Of a stretch of DNA of 64,000 bases, positions 9,358 through 20,039 are shown in pieces. The translations under genes were made by a program, and so were the position numbers. Location of the stretch: NCBI GenBank assembly GCA_963849325.1, contig CAWKHF010000012.1, positions 512,001 through 576,000 on the forward strand, read 5' to 3'. A model generated the notes under the pieces. The model ran no database searches, had not been told where the DNA came from, and saw only the letters and a list, made by a program, of their open reading frames with translations. Positions within the stretch are counted from its first letter, which is position 1. Each line of letters opens with the position of its first letter. The stretch is from an uncultured Planctomycetota bacterium. GTDB taxonomy: Bacteria > Planctomycetota > Planctomycetia > Gemmatales > Gemmataceae.

Positions 9358-11385
9358 GTGGCGAAACGCTGTTTGCCGGCCCTTTGTATCCTGGTATTCG
9401 CGGTCCTGCTTCACGCCGACGGCCCGGGCGACAACCTGCCCGACAAGGTCCGTCCCGTGCCGCCGTCCGGCATCCGGGTCGCCGATGCCGACCGCACCGA
9501 ACTGCAAGCGGGCGTCGATGCGCTCGGCAAGGACATCGAGCGTCTGCGCCAGGACCTCCAATCGAAGCCAGCGTTACGGGAACTACTGCCGGACGTGCAG
9601 ATCTTCCACAATGCTGTCCGCTACGCTCTGACCTACGATGAGTTCTACGCGCCCGGTGAGCTGAAGGTTGCCCGCAAACTGCTCAATCAAGGCAGCGAAC
9701 GCGCCGAGCAGCTGCGCGCCGGCAAGACGCCGTGGACGACGGCGACCGGCCTGGTGGTGCGCGGCTACCGCTCGAAGATCGACGGCTCGGTGCAGCCTTA
9801 TGGTCTGGTCGTGCCGGTCTCGTATCAGCCGAACAGCGCCTACGAGCACCGCCTGGACATCTGGTGCCACGGCCGCGGCGAGAAGCTGACCGAGCTGTCG
9901 TTTCTCAACGGCCGCCAGTCGTCGCCCGGCGAGTTCACACCGAAGAACGCCTTCGTGTTGCACCTGTACGGCCGCTACTGCAACGCCAACAAGTTCGCCG
10001 GCGAGATCGATTGTCTGGAAGCGTTGGCCCACGTCCGCAAGCACTATCCCATCGATGAGAACCGAGTGGTCATGCGCGGCTTTTCGATGGGCGGGGCGGC
10101 GTGCTGGCAGTTCGCCGTCCACTACGCCGGCTTGTGGGCCGCCGCCGCGCCGGGCGCCGGCTTCAGCGAGACCGCCGACTTCTTGAAGGTCTTCCAGGAC
10201 GAGAAGGTGCAACCGGCCTGGTATGAGAAAAAGCTCTGGCACTGGTACGACTGCACCGATTACGCGGCCAATCTCTTCAACTGTCCCGTCGTCGCCTACA
10301 GCGGCGAGATCGATCGCCAGAAGCAAGCCGCCGACCGGATGGCCGAGGCCATGAAGAAGGAGGGGCTGACGCTCACCCACCTGATCGGCCCGAAAACGGG
10401 CCACAAGTACGAGCCGAAGACGCGCGACGAGCTGAACCGGCGCATCGACAGCATTGTCAAGCACGGCCGCGACTCGGTGCCGACACACGTACTGTTCACC
10501 ACCTGGACGCTACGCTATCACGAAATGCTGTGGGTGCGGATCGAGGGCCTGGAGCAGCATTGGTCGCGGGCCGACGTAGATGCCGTGGTCAGCTCGGACG
10601 GCATGAACGTCGAGACCAAGAACGTGTCGGCGCTGACGCTGTCCTTCGAGCCGGGCGCCTGCCCGCTGGAGTCGTTGGAGAAACCGAAGGTCGTCCTCGA
10701 TGACGAAGAGATCAAGGACGTGGCTCCCGTGCTATCGGATCGCTCGTGGACGGCGCACTTTCGCAAGAAAGGCAAGTCCTGGGAGGCGGTGGAGAAGATC
10801 GACGACGGCGCGCTGCGCAAGCGCCCTGGCCTGCAAGGTCCGATCGATGACGCCTTCCTCGACAGCTTCCTGATGGTCCGTCCGACCGGCAAGCCGCTTA
10901 ACGAGAAGGTCGGCGCCTGGGCTTCGGCCGAGATGAAGCACGCGGTCGAGCACTGGCGCAGGCAGTTTCGCGGCGAGGCGCGCATCAAGGACGACACCGC
11001 TATCACGGACGCCGACATCGCGGAGCACAACCTCGTCCTGTGGGGCGATCCCGGCAGCAACAAGGTACTGGCTCGCATCGCGGAGAAACTGCCGCTGCGC
11101 TGGGACTCTCGGCAGGTGCGGCTGGGCAAGGAGACGTACTCCGCCGAGCATCACGTGCCGGTGCTGATCTATCCCAATCCGCTGAATCCGAAGCGTTACG
11201 TCGTGCTCAACAGCGGCTTCACGTTCCGCGAGTACGACTATCTGAACAACGCGCGGCAGGTGCCGAAGCTACCGGACTTCGCGGTGATCGACATGCGTAC
11301 GCCGCCGTCCTCGCGGCTGCCGGGCAAGGTGGCGACGGCGGGGTTCTTCGATGAGGAGTGGAAGCTGCCGGAAAAGAACGAGTAG
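9358..11385 (+). CDS. Secreted alpha/beta-hydrolase (prolyl-oligopeptidase-like)
   Basis: GAGGAGG RBS + GTG, signal peptide, GFSMGG nucleophile elbow, GEID and TGH catalytic motifs. Confidence 0.8.
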   Translation: MAKRCLPALCILVFAVLLHADGPGDNLPDKVRPVPPSGIRVADADRTELQAGVDALGKDIERLRQDLQSKPALRELLPDVQIFHNAVRYALTYDEFYAPGELKVARKLLNQGSERAEQLRAGKTPWTTATGLVVRGYRSKIDGSVQPYGLVVPVSYQPNSAYEHRLDIWCHGRGEKLTELSFLNGRQSSPGEFTPKNAFVLHLYGRYCNANKFAGEIDCLEALAHVRKHYPIDENRVVMRGFSMGGAACWQFAVHYAGLWAAAAPGAGFSETADFLKVFQDEKVQPAWYEKKLWHWYDCTDYAANLFNCPVVAYSGEIDRQKQAADRMAEAMKKEGLTLTHLIGPKTGHKYEPKTRDELNRRIDSIVKHGRDSVPTHVLFTTWTLRYHEMLWVRIEGLEQHWSRADVDAVVSSDGMNVETKNVSALTLSFEPGACPLESLEKPKVVLDDEEIKDVAPVLSDRSWTAHFRKKGKSWEAVEKIDDGALRKRPGLQGPIDDAFLDSFLMVRPTGKPLNEKVGAWASAEMKHAVEHWRRQFRGEARIKDDTAITDADIAEHNLVLWGDPGSNKVLARIAEKLPLRWDSRQVRLGKETYSAEHHVPVLIYPNPLNPKRYVVLNSGFTFREYDYLNNARQVPKLPDFAVIDMRTPPSSRLPGKVATAGFFDEEWKLPEKNE

Positions 11386-11453
11386 CATCCGGACTGCGGG
11401 CGAGCGGAAATCGACCAGGTTCCTCACCAATTACCGGCACACACGGGACGGCG

Positions 11454-12038
11454 ATGAGTGCATTTCCGAATAACGGCGCCGCTCTCTCTGGCGCGATCCT
11501 TGCCGATCCTCCCTGGCGGTTCACCAACCGCACCGGCAAGATGGCACCGGAACATCGTCGCTTGCGACGCTATCGGACAATGAGCCTGGAGGACATCCTT
11601 GCTCTACCCGTCGAGTCGTTGGCGAAACCGAAAAGTCACCTCTACTTATGGGTTCCGAATGCGTTGCTAGCTGAAGGACTAGCAGTGATGAAGGCCTGGG
11701 GTTTTACCTATAAAACGAATCTTATTTGGTATAAAATCCGCAAGGACGGCGGCCCGGACGGCCGGGGCGTCGGGTTTTATTTTCGCAACGTGACCGAAAT
11801 GCTGCTCTTCGGAGTTCGGGGTAGCTTGCGCACGCTCTCGCCTGGTCGAAGACAGGTCAACATCCTCTTGGCGAAAAAGCAGCGGCACTCGCGCAAGCCG
11901 GATGGGTTTTACGACCTCATCGAAGCCTGCAGTCCCGGTCCCTACCTGGAACTGTTCGCTCGCTTCTCACGGCCCAACTGGACCCAGTGGGGGGATGAGT
12001 TAGGAAAGGCGCCTTGCCAACAGTTCCTTGCTTTCTGA
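11454..12038 (+). CDS. MT-A70 family N6-adenine methyltransferase
   Basis: ADPPW, HLYLWVPN, WGFTYKT, HSRKP, LELFAR, WGDE motifs. Confidence 0.9.
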   Translation: MSAFPNNGAALSGAILADPPWRFTNRTGKMAPEHRRLRRYRTMSLEDILALPVESLAKPKSHLYLWVPNALLAEGLAVMKAWGFTYKTNLIWYKIRKDGGPDGRGVGFYFRNVTEMLLFGVRGSLRTLSPGRRQVNILLAKKQRHSRKPDGFYDLIEACSPGPYLELFARFSRPNWTQWGDELGKAPCQQFLAF

Positions 12039-12133
12039 CCTTGGGTGATGTCCACTTCGTTGAAAGGTTCATTCTCGAAGCAAGAGCAAGGCGGAATGTA
12101 CCACACTGGACGACCGGAGCGTGCCTGGAGCAT

Positions 12134-13054
12134 TCAGCCGCTCAGTTCGAGTAATCGTTCCAGTTCCGCCACAATTGCCAGGGCGGCTTGTGCCTTCGGA
12201 GAGGGGAGATCGGTCGCCTCCCGAACTCGTTGCCTCAGCCGCTCGAGGGCCGTGCGAGCCTGCTCATCGGTGGTGCTTTCCTGAAATGCCTTCAGAAACT
12301 GGCGCCAGAAGATCATCTTGATCCCGCACAACGGAATATCGTTGAGTTTCCCCATGTAGACGTCCATCATGCCTGTCCTCGCCAGGCGGCCGAAGTTGTT
12401 GCCGCCATCGTAACGCGGCCGGTCGCCGATAGGGTCGGTTTTGGAAGGATAAGGGCCGATCCCAGTCGGGAGATCAATGTGCGTATCGTGCGTCGTTTGC
12501 CGAAGGTGTTGCCAGTGGTAGTTACGGTATTCGGCGGCATATCGGGCCGACTCAAGGAATGGCTCGAACAAAATAGGCGAACCACTGATAACATTTCCCA
12601 GCACCCAGGGAACGACCACGATCAAGTCTTGCTTGGCGCAGGCCGCCGCCGTCGTCTGAAATCGCAAGCTGGGTTCTGCCTCTTTCGCTAGTAGATACCA
12701 CCCTTTCAACTCCAACCCCATGATGGTATCGTCGCCGGTCGCTTTTCTCAGCCGAACATCGGGAAAAGTCTGAGGTTGACGCACAAAACTGTAAAGGGCG
12801 TATCTGCCCTCTGGATCCCAAGTGGTACGGATCAAGTTGAGGGTGCGAACGACTTGCTCCTCGATGGTAGCTCCCAGGACCGTGTTCAAAGTATGAAGGT
12901 CCGTTGCCATGACGCCGGCTATGTGTGTCTCGGTGCGGAAGTACACCGGAATCGTCGCGATGGCCTCGCGGACACTTTTATAAAGGGCCGCATGTTCCCA
13001 GGAGGGGGCCGGCAACTCGCGCACAGGAGCGGGAGGGAGAGGAGCATTCGTCAC
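12134..13054 (-). CDS. Putative PD-(D/E)XK restriction-endonuclease-like protein
   Basis: FPDVRL...GLELKGW motif; GTG start overlaps the MTase TGA (GTGA coupling). Confidence 0.55.
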   Translation of the reverse strand: MTNAPLPPAPVRELPAPSWEHAALYKSVREAIATIPVYFRTETHIAGVMATDLHTLNTVLGATIEEQVVRTLNLIRTTWDPEGRYALYSFVRQPQTFPDVRLRKATGDDTIMGLELKGWYLLAKEAEPSLRFQTTAAACAKQDLIVVVPWVLGNVISGSPILFEPFLESARYAAEYRNYHWQHLRQTTHDTHIDLPTGIGPYPSKTDPIGDRPRYDGGNNFGRLARTGMMDVYMGKLNDIPLCGIKMIFWRQFLKAFQESTTDEQARTALERLRQRVREATDLPSPKAQAALAIVAELERLLELSG

Positions 13055-14139
13055 GACTTGGCCAACCTTTCGACAGCTGCCGAATAGAATTCGGGAACGA
13101 TTTCCGCACCGAAGTACTTGCGACGGAGGTGATAGGACACCACCGCTCCCGGACACAGCCCGCCAAAAGGTTCCCATACCGCATCTCCTTCATCCGTGGA
13201 GGCGCGCGTGATTAACTCGATGAAGCGTAAAGGTTTCTGGCTTCCGTGCAAGCTGCGAAATTTGTAGCGCATCCCCTTTCGCTCCCCTTGAATGCGCTCC
13301 GTGCCGCTCACCTGGGGTTCGCGCCAGACATTGGTGACGCCGATTTCACACTGAAACTTCGCGCGCATTCGGGACCACTCCGCGGCGGATACCGGATGTC
13401 TACCGTCCAGACTGAAATACGGGCGGCCATCCGTCTTACCGCGCCGGTTGGCATACTCGACGAGTTTCACGAATGCGTCGGCGGGAGGGTAGTACCACAG
13501 GTGATCTCCCGTCAGGTACTTCCGGGTGGCGGCATTCAACACGCCACAAGCCTCATTGGCGGATCGCCAGGGGAGTCCTGTCCGTTTCCATTCGTGCCGT
13601 AACCATTCTTGCATGGACATTGGCCGCCCTTCGCAAGGAAATAATGCCGCTTTCACATACTGCGCGCATACCTCGGTCACTACCGGGAATTTGCGGAGGG
13701 TTTGTGTGTTGGCATTCCCGGCGACATGGCTCATCCCTTTATCCCAAATGTTGCAACATCGATACTCCCATCCGTTCGCTAGGAGTACAGGATGTACAGT
13801 CGCCCATCCTACCTCCGTGTTCCAGAACCACAAAGTTGTTTGGGGGGTACTCAACTGCGACCAGGCTTTGATGTGTGGTCCATACCATCGTTCCAGGGAT
13901 TCCGTTTTGCGCTCATCACCGGGGAAGCCACTAACGCCGTAAGGACCGTCCGAAATAATGCACGTTGGCGTCGGCCAATCTCGATACAGGTTCTCGGCAC
14001 GATTGAAATGGATGACCACTTCCTCCCGCCTGAAACGCTCGCCTTCCCCCGGAGGAGTGACCTTCTGGGGAGGAGGAGCCATGAAGAGGTCGGGCTGGCC
14101 CTCACCGTTGCTCGTGGTTCGGGATCGCTTCGTGGACAT
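13051..14139 (-). CDS. Site-specific DNA methyltransferase (N4-C/N6-A, beta class)
   Basis: Catalytic DGPY precedes HGSQKP and SAM-binding EPFGG...GAE. Confidence 0.85.
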   Translation of the reverse strand: MSTKRSRTTSNGEGQPDLFMAPPPQKVTPPGEGERFRREEVVIHFNRAENLYRDWPTPTCIISDGPYGVSGFPGDERKTESLERWYGPHIKAWSQLSTPQTTLWFWNTEVGWATVHPVLLANGWEYRCCNIWDKGMSHVAGNANTQTLRKFPVVTEVCAQYVKAALFPCEGRPMSMQEWLRHEWKRTGLPWRSANEACGVLNAATRKYLTGDHLWYYPPADAFVKLVEYANRRGKTDGRPYFSLDGRHPVSAAEWSRMRAKFQCEIGVTNVWREPQVSGTERIQGERKGMRYKFRSLHGSQKPLRFIELITRASTDEGDAVWEPFGGLCPGAVVSYHLRRKYFGAEIVPEFYSAAVERLAKS

Positions 14140-14247
14140 GGCCTATTCCGCTCGCTTGAAAACACAAGACGCCTTAACATTCGCGTCCATCATACGCGCA
14201 CAGGGTAGAGCTTGACAACTATTAGGCGTCTTCGTGCCGAAATAACG

Positions 14248-15228
14248 TTACGTTGTCTGGCGCAGCAACTGCCGGGCGCAAGCGGCGGCGCCGATGAAAC
14301 CGGCGTCACTACCAAGCTGGGCGAAGCGGATTTGCGTCCGGGCGGCGGGCACCGAGAAGGCCAGTTCGCGGACGTGATGGCGGATGCGCTCCAGGAAGGC
14401 GTCGCCGGCCGCGATCATGCCGCCGGCGAAGACGACCATGTCCGGGTCGATCACGTGCATCAGGTTCATGGCGGCGACCGCCAGGTAGAACGCCGTGTCC
14501 TCGACGATCTTGCCGGCCAGCTCGTCGCCGGCGGCCGCGGCGTCGAAGATGTCGCGCGCGGTCAACTCGCCCTGACTGGAGACCGCGTGCAGGGAGGAAC
14601 GGCCGCCGTCCACGGCCAGCGCCTCCTGCGTGCGTTGGACGACGGAGGTGGCGCTGGCATATGCCTCCAGGCAACCGCGTCGGCCGCAACTGCACAAGCG
14701 CGGCGACGTCATCTCGATCTTGATGTGGCCCAGTTCGGCGCCGTGGCTATGCTCGCCCTCGACAATGCGATCGCCCAGGATGATGCCGCCGCCGACGCCG
14801 GTGCCGAGCGTGAACAGGACCATGCTGTGGACGCCGCGGCCAGCGCCAACCCAGAATTCGCCATAAGCCGCCGCGTTGGCGTCGTTCTGGAACGCTGTCG
14901 GCAGGCCGAATACCTGCTGAATGTGCTGCCGAACCGGCACGTTGCGCCACGGCTTGAGGTTCGGCGGGTCGAGAATGACGCCGCCAGGAATGTCCATCAA
15001 ACCGGGCGTCGCCACGCCGATGGCCGCGATGTCGCGCAGCTCCAGACGCGCCTCGGCCGTCGCCCGGCGGATCGACGCGCACATCTGGGCCAGGCCGTGC
15101 TCCTGGCCTTTGTGGGCCTCCGTGGGAAGACTGACGGCGCTGTGCGGCCGGCCCTCGTCATCGACGACGCCCGCCTTCATGGTGGTGCCGCCGACGTCCA
15201 GGCCGACGAAAAGAAGAGGTTGGCTCAT
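14248..15228 (-). CDS. ROK family sugar kinase (glucokinase-like)
   Basis: GLDVGGT, NDANAAAYGE, TLGTGVGGG, ELGH, CSCGRRGCLE. Confidence 0.92.
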   Translation of the reverse strand: MSQPLLFVGLDVGGTTMKAGVVDDEGRPHSAVSLPTEAHKGQEHGLAQMCASIRRATAEARLELRDIAAIGVATPGLMDIPGGVILDPPNLKPWRNVPVRQHIQQVFGLPTAFQNDANAAAYGEFWVGAGRGVHSMVLFTLGTGVGGGIILGDRIVEGEHSHGAELGHIKIEMTSPRLCSCGRRGCLEAYASATSVVQRTQEALAVDGGRSSLHAVSSQGELTARDIFDAAAAGDELAGKIVEDTAFYLAVAAMNLMHVIDPDMVVFAGGMIAAGDAFLERIRHHVRELAFSVPAARTQIRFAQLGSDAGFIGAAACARQLLRQTT

Positions 15229-15358
15229 AGCGCTCGCGGACGCTTGCGGCTAGTGGGGAAGACATCGACGCCTGAATTCTTGCTGCGAGGACGGCGCCGC
15301 TGCTCTATCATCCGAGTAGAAGAACCCCGCGCAATGTTCGGCCACAGGATGGTGCGAC

Positions 15359-16609
15359 ATGATTGATTCTCGATCCGACCGCCGCAGTCGTTTGTTCCTC
15401 GTGTTGGTGGTGCTGGTGGCGTTCGCGCTGGGCGTCCAGGCAGAACGGCGCGGCTGGCTGCCGAGCGGCCGAGGACGCGAACCGTCCGAAGTACGGCAGA
15501 CCTTCGCGCCGTACTGGGAAGCCTGGCGGCTGGTCCACAAGTATTACGTCGATCCGGACAGTATCAAGGACGAGCGCCTGACGCAAGGGTCGATCCTCGG
15601 CATGCTAGCCGCGCTCGGCGACATCGGCCACACCACCTACCTGACCCGCGACGAGGTCGAACGGTTGGAAGCAAATCTCAAAGGCGAGCTGGAGGGGATC
15701 GGCGCTCGCATCAGCCTGCGCAAGCAGGGACCGACCATTGTGCAGACGATGCCGAAGTCGCCAGCTCGCAAAGCCGGCGTCCAGCCCGGCAACGTCATCC
15801 TGCAAGTGGACGGCCAGGACGTTCACGGCATGTCGCTGGAGAAACTGGTGCAGCACATCAAGGGTCCGGCCGGCAGTGAGGTCCGTCTGAAGGTCTTGCG
15901 CGGCGACCCGCCGAAGCCCGTGGACATCGACATCCAGCGCGCCAAGGTCGATGTGCCGGACGTGGCCTGGCAGATGCTGCCGGATTCGCCGCTGGCCCAC
16001 GTCGCCATCCAGAACTTCGGCGAGCACACCGACGAGCAGCTGCGCTCCATCCTGGAACAGGCGCGCGAGCAAGGGGCCAAGGCGCTGGTGCTGGACGTGC
16101 GCGGCAACCTTGGCGGACTGAAGGAACAGGCGGTGAAGGTGACCAGCGAGTTCCTCAAGCCCGGCGAGGTGGTCTTCATCCAGAAGGACGCCGCCGGCAA
16201 CACGACGCCGGTCTCCGTCAACCCGGAGGGGACGGCTCGGGACATCCCCTTGTGCGTGCTCATCGACGAGGGCACGGCCAGCTCGGCCGAGATCCTCGCC
16301 GGCGCCTTGCAGGATTATCAGCGCGGCAAGCTGATCGGCATGCGCACCTTCGGCACCGGCACCGTGCTGCGGCCGTTCAAGCTCAGCGACGGCTCAGCGG
16401 TGCTCCTGGCCGTGGACCAGTGGTTGACGCCGAAGGAGCGGCAAATCTGGCACAAGGGAATTTCGCCGGACATCGAGGTCGAACTGCCGCAGGGTGCGTC
16501 CATCCTGCTGCCGGAGTCCGAGGCGAAGCTGAGCGCCAAGACCCTGGCCAATAGCAAGGACACGCAATTGCTCAAGGCGATCGAGGTGATGAAGAAAGAG
16601 TTGCACTGA
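15359..16609 (+). CDS. S41 C-terminal processing peptidase with PDZ domain
   Basis: GIG PDZ, LDVRGNLGG, TASSAEI, GISPDI motifs. Confidence 0.9.
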   Translation: MIDSRSDRRSRLFLVLVVLVAFALGVQAERRGWLPSGRGREPSEVRQTFAPYWEAWRLVHKYYVDPDSIKDERLTQGSILGMLAALGDIGHTTYLTRDEVERLEANLKGELEGIGARISLRKQGPTIVQTMPKSPARKAGVQPGNVILQVDGQDVHGMSLEKLVQHIKGPAGSEVRLKVLRGDPPKPVDIDIQRAKVDVPDVAWQMLPDSPLAHVAIQNFGEHTDEQLRSILEQAREQGAKALVLDVRGNLGGLKEQAVKVTSEFLKPGEVVFIQKDAAGNTTPVSVNPEGTARDIPLCVLIDEGTASSAEILAGALQDYQRGKLIGMRTFGTGTVLRPFKLSDGSAVLLAVDQWLTPKERQIWHKGISPDIEVELPQGASILLPESEAKLSAKTLANSKDTQLLKAIEVMKKELH

Positions 16610-16658
16610 ACCGTTTCTCCGTGGCGAGGGCGGAGGCGGCGATTTACAATTTGCCGTC

Positions 16659-17999
16659 ATGCACTCCGACACCCGCATTTCCGAACGTCTCCGCCGGGCC
16701 GTCGATCGACAGCGTTTGCTCGACACGGCTCGGCAACTGGTCGCCGTGCCCAGCCGCACCGGCGAGGGCGGCGCCGTCGCCGACTGCCTCGCCGACCTGC
16801 TGGCGGCGGACGGCTTCACGGTCGAGCGTCCCGTCGCCGATCATCCGGCGGCGCCGGCGGTCGTCGTCCGCCTCGACAGCGGCAAACCCGGCCGTACCTT
16901 GCAGTTCAACGGCCATCTCGACACGGTACATTTGCCGTTCGTCGCGCCAGTCATCGAGGATGGCAAGCTGACTGGCAGCGGCTCCTCGGACATGAAAGGC
17001 GGCACGGCCGCCGCCGTCGAGGCGCTGCGCGGTGCTGCGCGATACCGGCGAGTTGACGGCCGGCTCCGTGCTGTTGACGGCGCACGACCTGCACGAAGCG
17101 CCGTGGGGACTCGGACAGCAGCTCAACGCCCTGATCGCCGCTGGCTACGTCGGCGATGCCGTCCTGCTTCCCGAGCCACTGTGCGATCGTCTGCCGATCG
17201 CCGGCCGCGGCAGCGCCACCTGGAAGGTAGTCATCCGCCGGACGGGAGCGCCAGTCCACGAAGTCATGCGGCCGCCCGACGAGCCGAACGTCCTCGCCGC
17301 CGGCGCCGAGCTGGTCGCTCGGCTTGGCCGGCTCGGGGAGCGTCTGGCGATCCAGACTGATCCACTCCTCGGCAGTGCCAGCGTCTTCCTCGGACAGATT
17401 CACGGCGGCGAAATCTTCAATCAGTATCCGCGAGAATGCTGGCTCGAAGGCACGCGCCGCTGGCTGCCCGGCACCGCGCCCGCCGAGGTCGAACGCGACT
17501 TCCGGGCATTGCTGGCCGATCTGGCGCGCGACACGGGCACGACTGTCGATCTGACCTGGACCTTCATCCGCGATGCCTTCCGACTGGAGCCGGATGACTC
17601 GCTCGTGATGGCGTTTCAGCAAGCGTACACGGCGATCAGCGGCCAACCGTTGCCGCTGGGACCGAAGCCGTTCGTCGATGACGGCAATAGTTTCTATGGC
17701 TTGAAGAACATGCCGGCGATTACACATGGCCCGCGGCCGGCGGACAGCATACGGTCCACGAATGGGTGGACATCGACGATCTGGTCCGTATCGCTCACCT
17801 GTATGCGCTGACGTCCGTTTTTTACTGTACAGAGTCTGTTCCTTCAGCTCCCCTCTCCCCCGCTTCGGGGGAGAGGGGTTGGGGGCGAGGGGGCGGAAAA
17901 GCCGCAGAAAAGGCACCCCCTCACCCCACCCCCTCTCCCCCGGAGTACCGGGGGAGAGGGGCTTTCGGAACAGACTCTACAGAGAAGAGAAAGGGATAA
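16659..17999 (+). CDS. M20 family amidohydrolase (ArgE/DapE-like), frameshifts near 17030 and 17735
   Basis: NGHLDTV, GSGSSDMKGG, then HE, PEP and THGP..GQHTVHEWV across three frames; C-terminus extends through a repeat element. Confidence 0.8.
17831..17978. mobile_element. MITE-like element: 12-bp TIRs enclosing family-B palindromes
   Basis: AGAGTCTGTTCC...GGAACAGACTCT, flanked by AC on both sides. Confidence 0.65.
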
Positions 18000-18004
18000 C
18001 CGCG

Positions 18005-18634
18005 ATGGCTGAGGTCAAGTTAGGTCTGCACATGGTTGATGTGCCGTATACGCTCAAACTGTATGGCGTCACGGATGAAATGTTCGATGAGATGGTGGAC
18101 GAGGACACGAAAGCGGAACTCATAGACGGAGTGATGATCGTGCATTCTCCCGCCTCGCTACGCCACGATGATGTCGCCGGCTTCCTGCGCACCCTGATGC
18201 GCTGCTATGCGGATGACAAAGATCTGGGGGCTGTACTCGGCCCGGATGGACTCGCCCGTATCAAGAAAGGACGACGGGTTGGGGCAGACCTATTCTTCCT
18301 GAACAAAGACCGTGTGCCCAAGCCGCTACCCAAGGAATACAAGGGCGTCCCCGATCTGTTTCTCGAAGTGTTGTCGCCGTCCAATCGCAGCGATGACCTC
18401 GACGACAAACGTCCGCTCTACCGCGAGGCGGGCGTCAAAGAGATGTGGTTCGTGGACCCCGATGAGCAGCAAATCATCCTGGATCGCCGGCGCGGGCAGC
18501 GCTACGTCACCAAGACCATCCACACCGGCCGCATCGAGTCTGCCGTCGTGCGCGGCTTCTGGATCGAGGCCGATTGGCTCTGGTCCGATCCCCTGCCCAA
18601 CATCATGCAATGCTTGCGTGCCATCCTCGGTTAA
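18005..18634 (+). CDS. Uma2 (DUF820) family endonuclease
   Basis: ELIDG, PDLFLEVLSPSN, YREAGVKEMWFVDP. Confidence 0.9.
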   Translation: MAEVKLGLHMVDVPYTLKLYGVTDEMFDEMVDEDTKAELIDGVMIVHSPASLRHDDVAGFLRTLMRCYADDKDLGAVLGPDGLARIKKGRRVGADLFFLNKDRVPKPLPKEYKGVPDLFLEVLSPSNRSDDLDDKRPLYREAGVKEMWFVDPDEQQIILDRRRGQRYVTKTIHTGRIESAVVRGFWIEADWLWSDPLPNIMQCLRAILG

Positions 18635-18649
18635 TTCCCCCGGTGCCTC

Positions 18650-20035
18650 ATGACGACCGCAACCCTACCCGATCTGATTTCCGACGCCCAGACGACCGAG
18701 GAGCGGTTCCTCCGCCATATTTTCGTCCGCGATCAGATGGCCGAGTGGAGCAAGCATCCGCTGGTCATGGCCCGAGCCGATGGCGTCCACTACTGGGATG
18801 TCGCCGGCAAGCGCTATCTCGACGCCCTGTCCGGCATCTACGTCGTCTCCGTCGGCCACAACAATCGCCGCGTCATTGAGGCGATCCACCAGCAACTCGA
18901 TAGGCTGCACTTTTCGCCGCCGATGCATGGCACCAATCCGGCCGCGGTGCAGCTGGCGAACCTGCTGGCGGAACTGGCTCCCGGCGATCTGTCGGCCGTC
19001 AAGTTCCAGTGTGGCGGCTCGGAAGTGACGGAGGCGGCCATCAAGCTCGCGCGCCAGTACCATCGCCTCACCGGCGCGCCCGGCAAGTATAAGATCATCA
19101 GCCGTTACCTATCCTGGCACGGCTCCACGCTCGGATCGCTGTCCGCTTCCGGCCTGAAGTCGCGCAAGACCGTCAACGAGCCGATGGCGCCCGGATTTCT
19201 GCACGTCTTCCCGCCGACGTGCTACCGCTGCCCGTTCGGCAAGAGCTACCCCGATTGCGGCATCACTTGCGCCACTCTCGTCGAGAACGTCATCGACATG
19301 GAAGACGCCGACACGGTGGCGGCGATCCTGGTCGAGCCGATTGGTCATACCGGCGGCATCATCGATCCGCCAGTGGAGTATCTGCCGATCATCCGCGACA
19401 TTTGCGATCGGTATAATGTCCTTCTCATCTTCGACGAGATCATCACGGGAGTTGGCCGCACGGGACACTTGTTCGCCGCCGAGACATTCGGCGTGCTGCC
19501 GGACGTGCTGTGTACGGCCAAGGGTCTCAGCGGCGGCTACGCTCCGCTGTCGGCGATGATCTGTCGTCAAGCGATAGCAGACACCTTCTGGGGACCGATC
19601 GCCGAGAACCCCGGCTTCGTCGAGGGCCACACCTTCGAGGGCAATCCGCTGTCGTGTGCGGCCGGCCTCGCCGTGCTGCGTGAAATCGTGGAGCGCGACC
19701 TGTGCGGCAATGCCCGTCGTCAGGGCGAACGCCTTCGCGCCGGCTTCGAGCGCCTGGCCCATAAGCACGGCGTCATCGGCGACATCCGCGGCAAAGGACT
19801 GCTGCAAGGCATCGAGTTCGTGCGCAACGTGAAGACGAAGGAACCCTTTCCGGCGGACGTGGCCTTCGGCGTGCGCGTTGGTCGCCGCGCTCTCGCCAAC
19901 GGTCTGCTGTGCCGCTTCGATCCGCACTGGCTGGCGTTCGGGCCGGCGCTGGTCGTCACCAGCGAGCACCTCGACGAGATGGTAGAATTGCTGGATCGCA
20001 GTATCGCGGAGGTATTGACGGAAATGGGAGGTTGA
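18650..20035 (+). CDS. Class III PLP-dependent aminotransferase
   Basis: GGSEVTE, LLIFDEIITGVGRTG, AKGLSGGY, GHTF. Confidence 0.92.
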   Translation: MTTATLPDLISDAQTTEERFLRHIFVRDQMAEWSKHPLVMARADGVHYWDVAGKRYLDALSGIYVVSVGHNNRRVIEAIHQQLDRLHFSPPMHGTNPAAVQLANLLAELAPGDLSAVKFQCGGSEVTEAAIKLARQYHRLTGAPGKYKIISRYLSWHGSTLGSLSASGLKSRKTVNEPMAPGFLHVFPPTCYRCPFGKSYPDCGITCATLVENVIDMEDADTVAAILVEPIGHTGGIIDPPVEYLPIIRDICDRYNVLLIFDEIITGVGRTGHLFAAETFGVLPDVLCTAKGLSGGYAPLSAMICRQAIADTFWGPIAENPGFVEGHTFEGNPLSCAAGLAVLREIVERDLCGNARRQGERLRAGFERLAHKHGVIGDIRGKGLLQGIEFVRNVKTKEPFPADVAFGVRVGRRALANGLLCRFDPHWLAFGPALVVTSEHLDEMVELLDRSIAEVLTEMGG

Positions 20036-20039
20036 AGCA

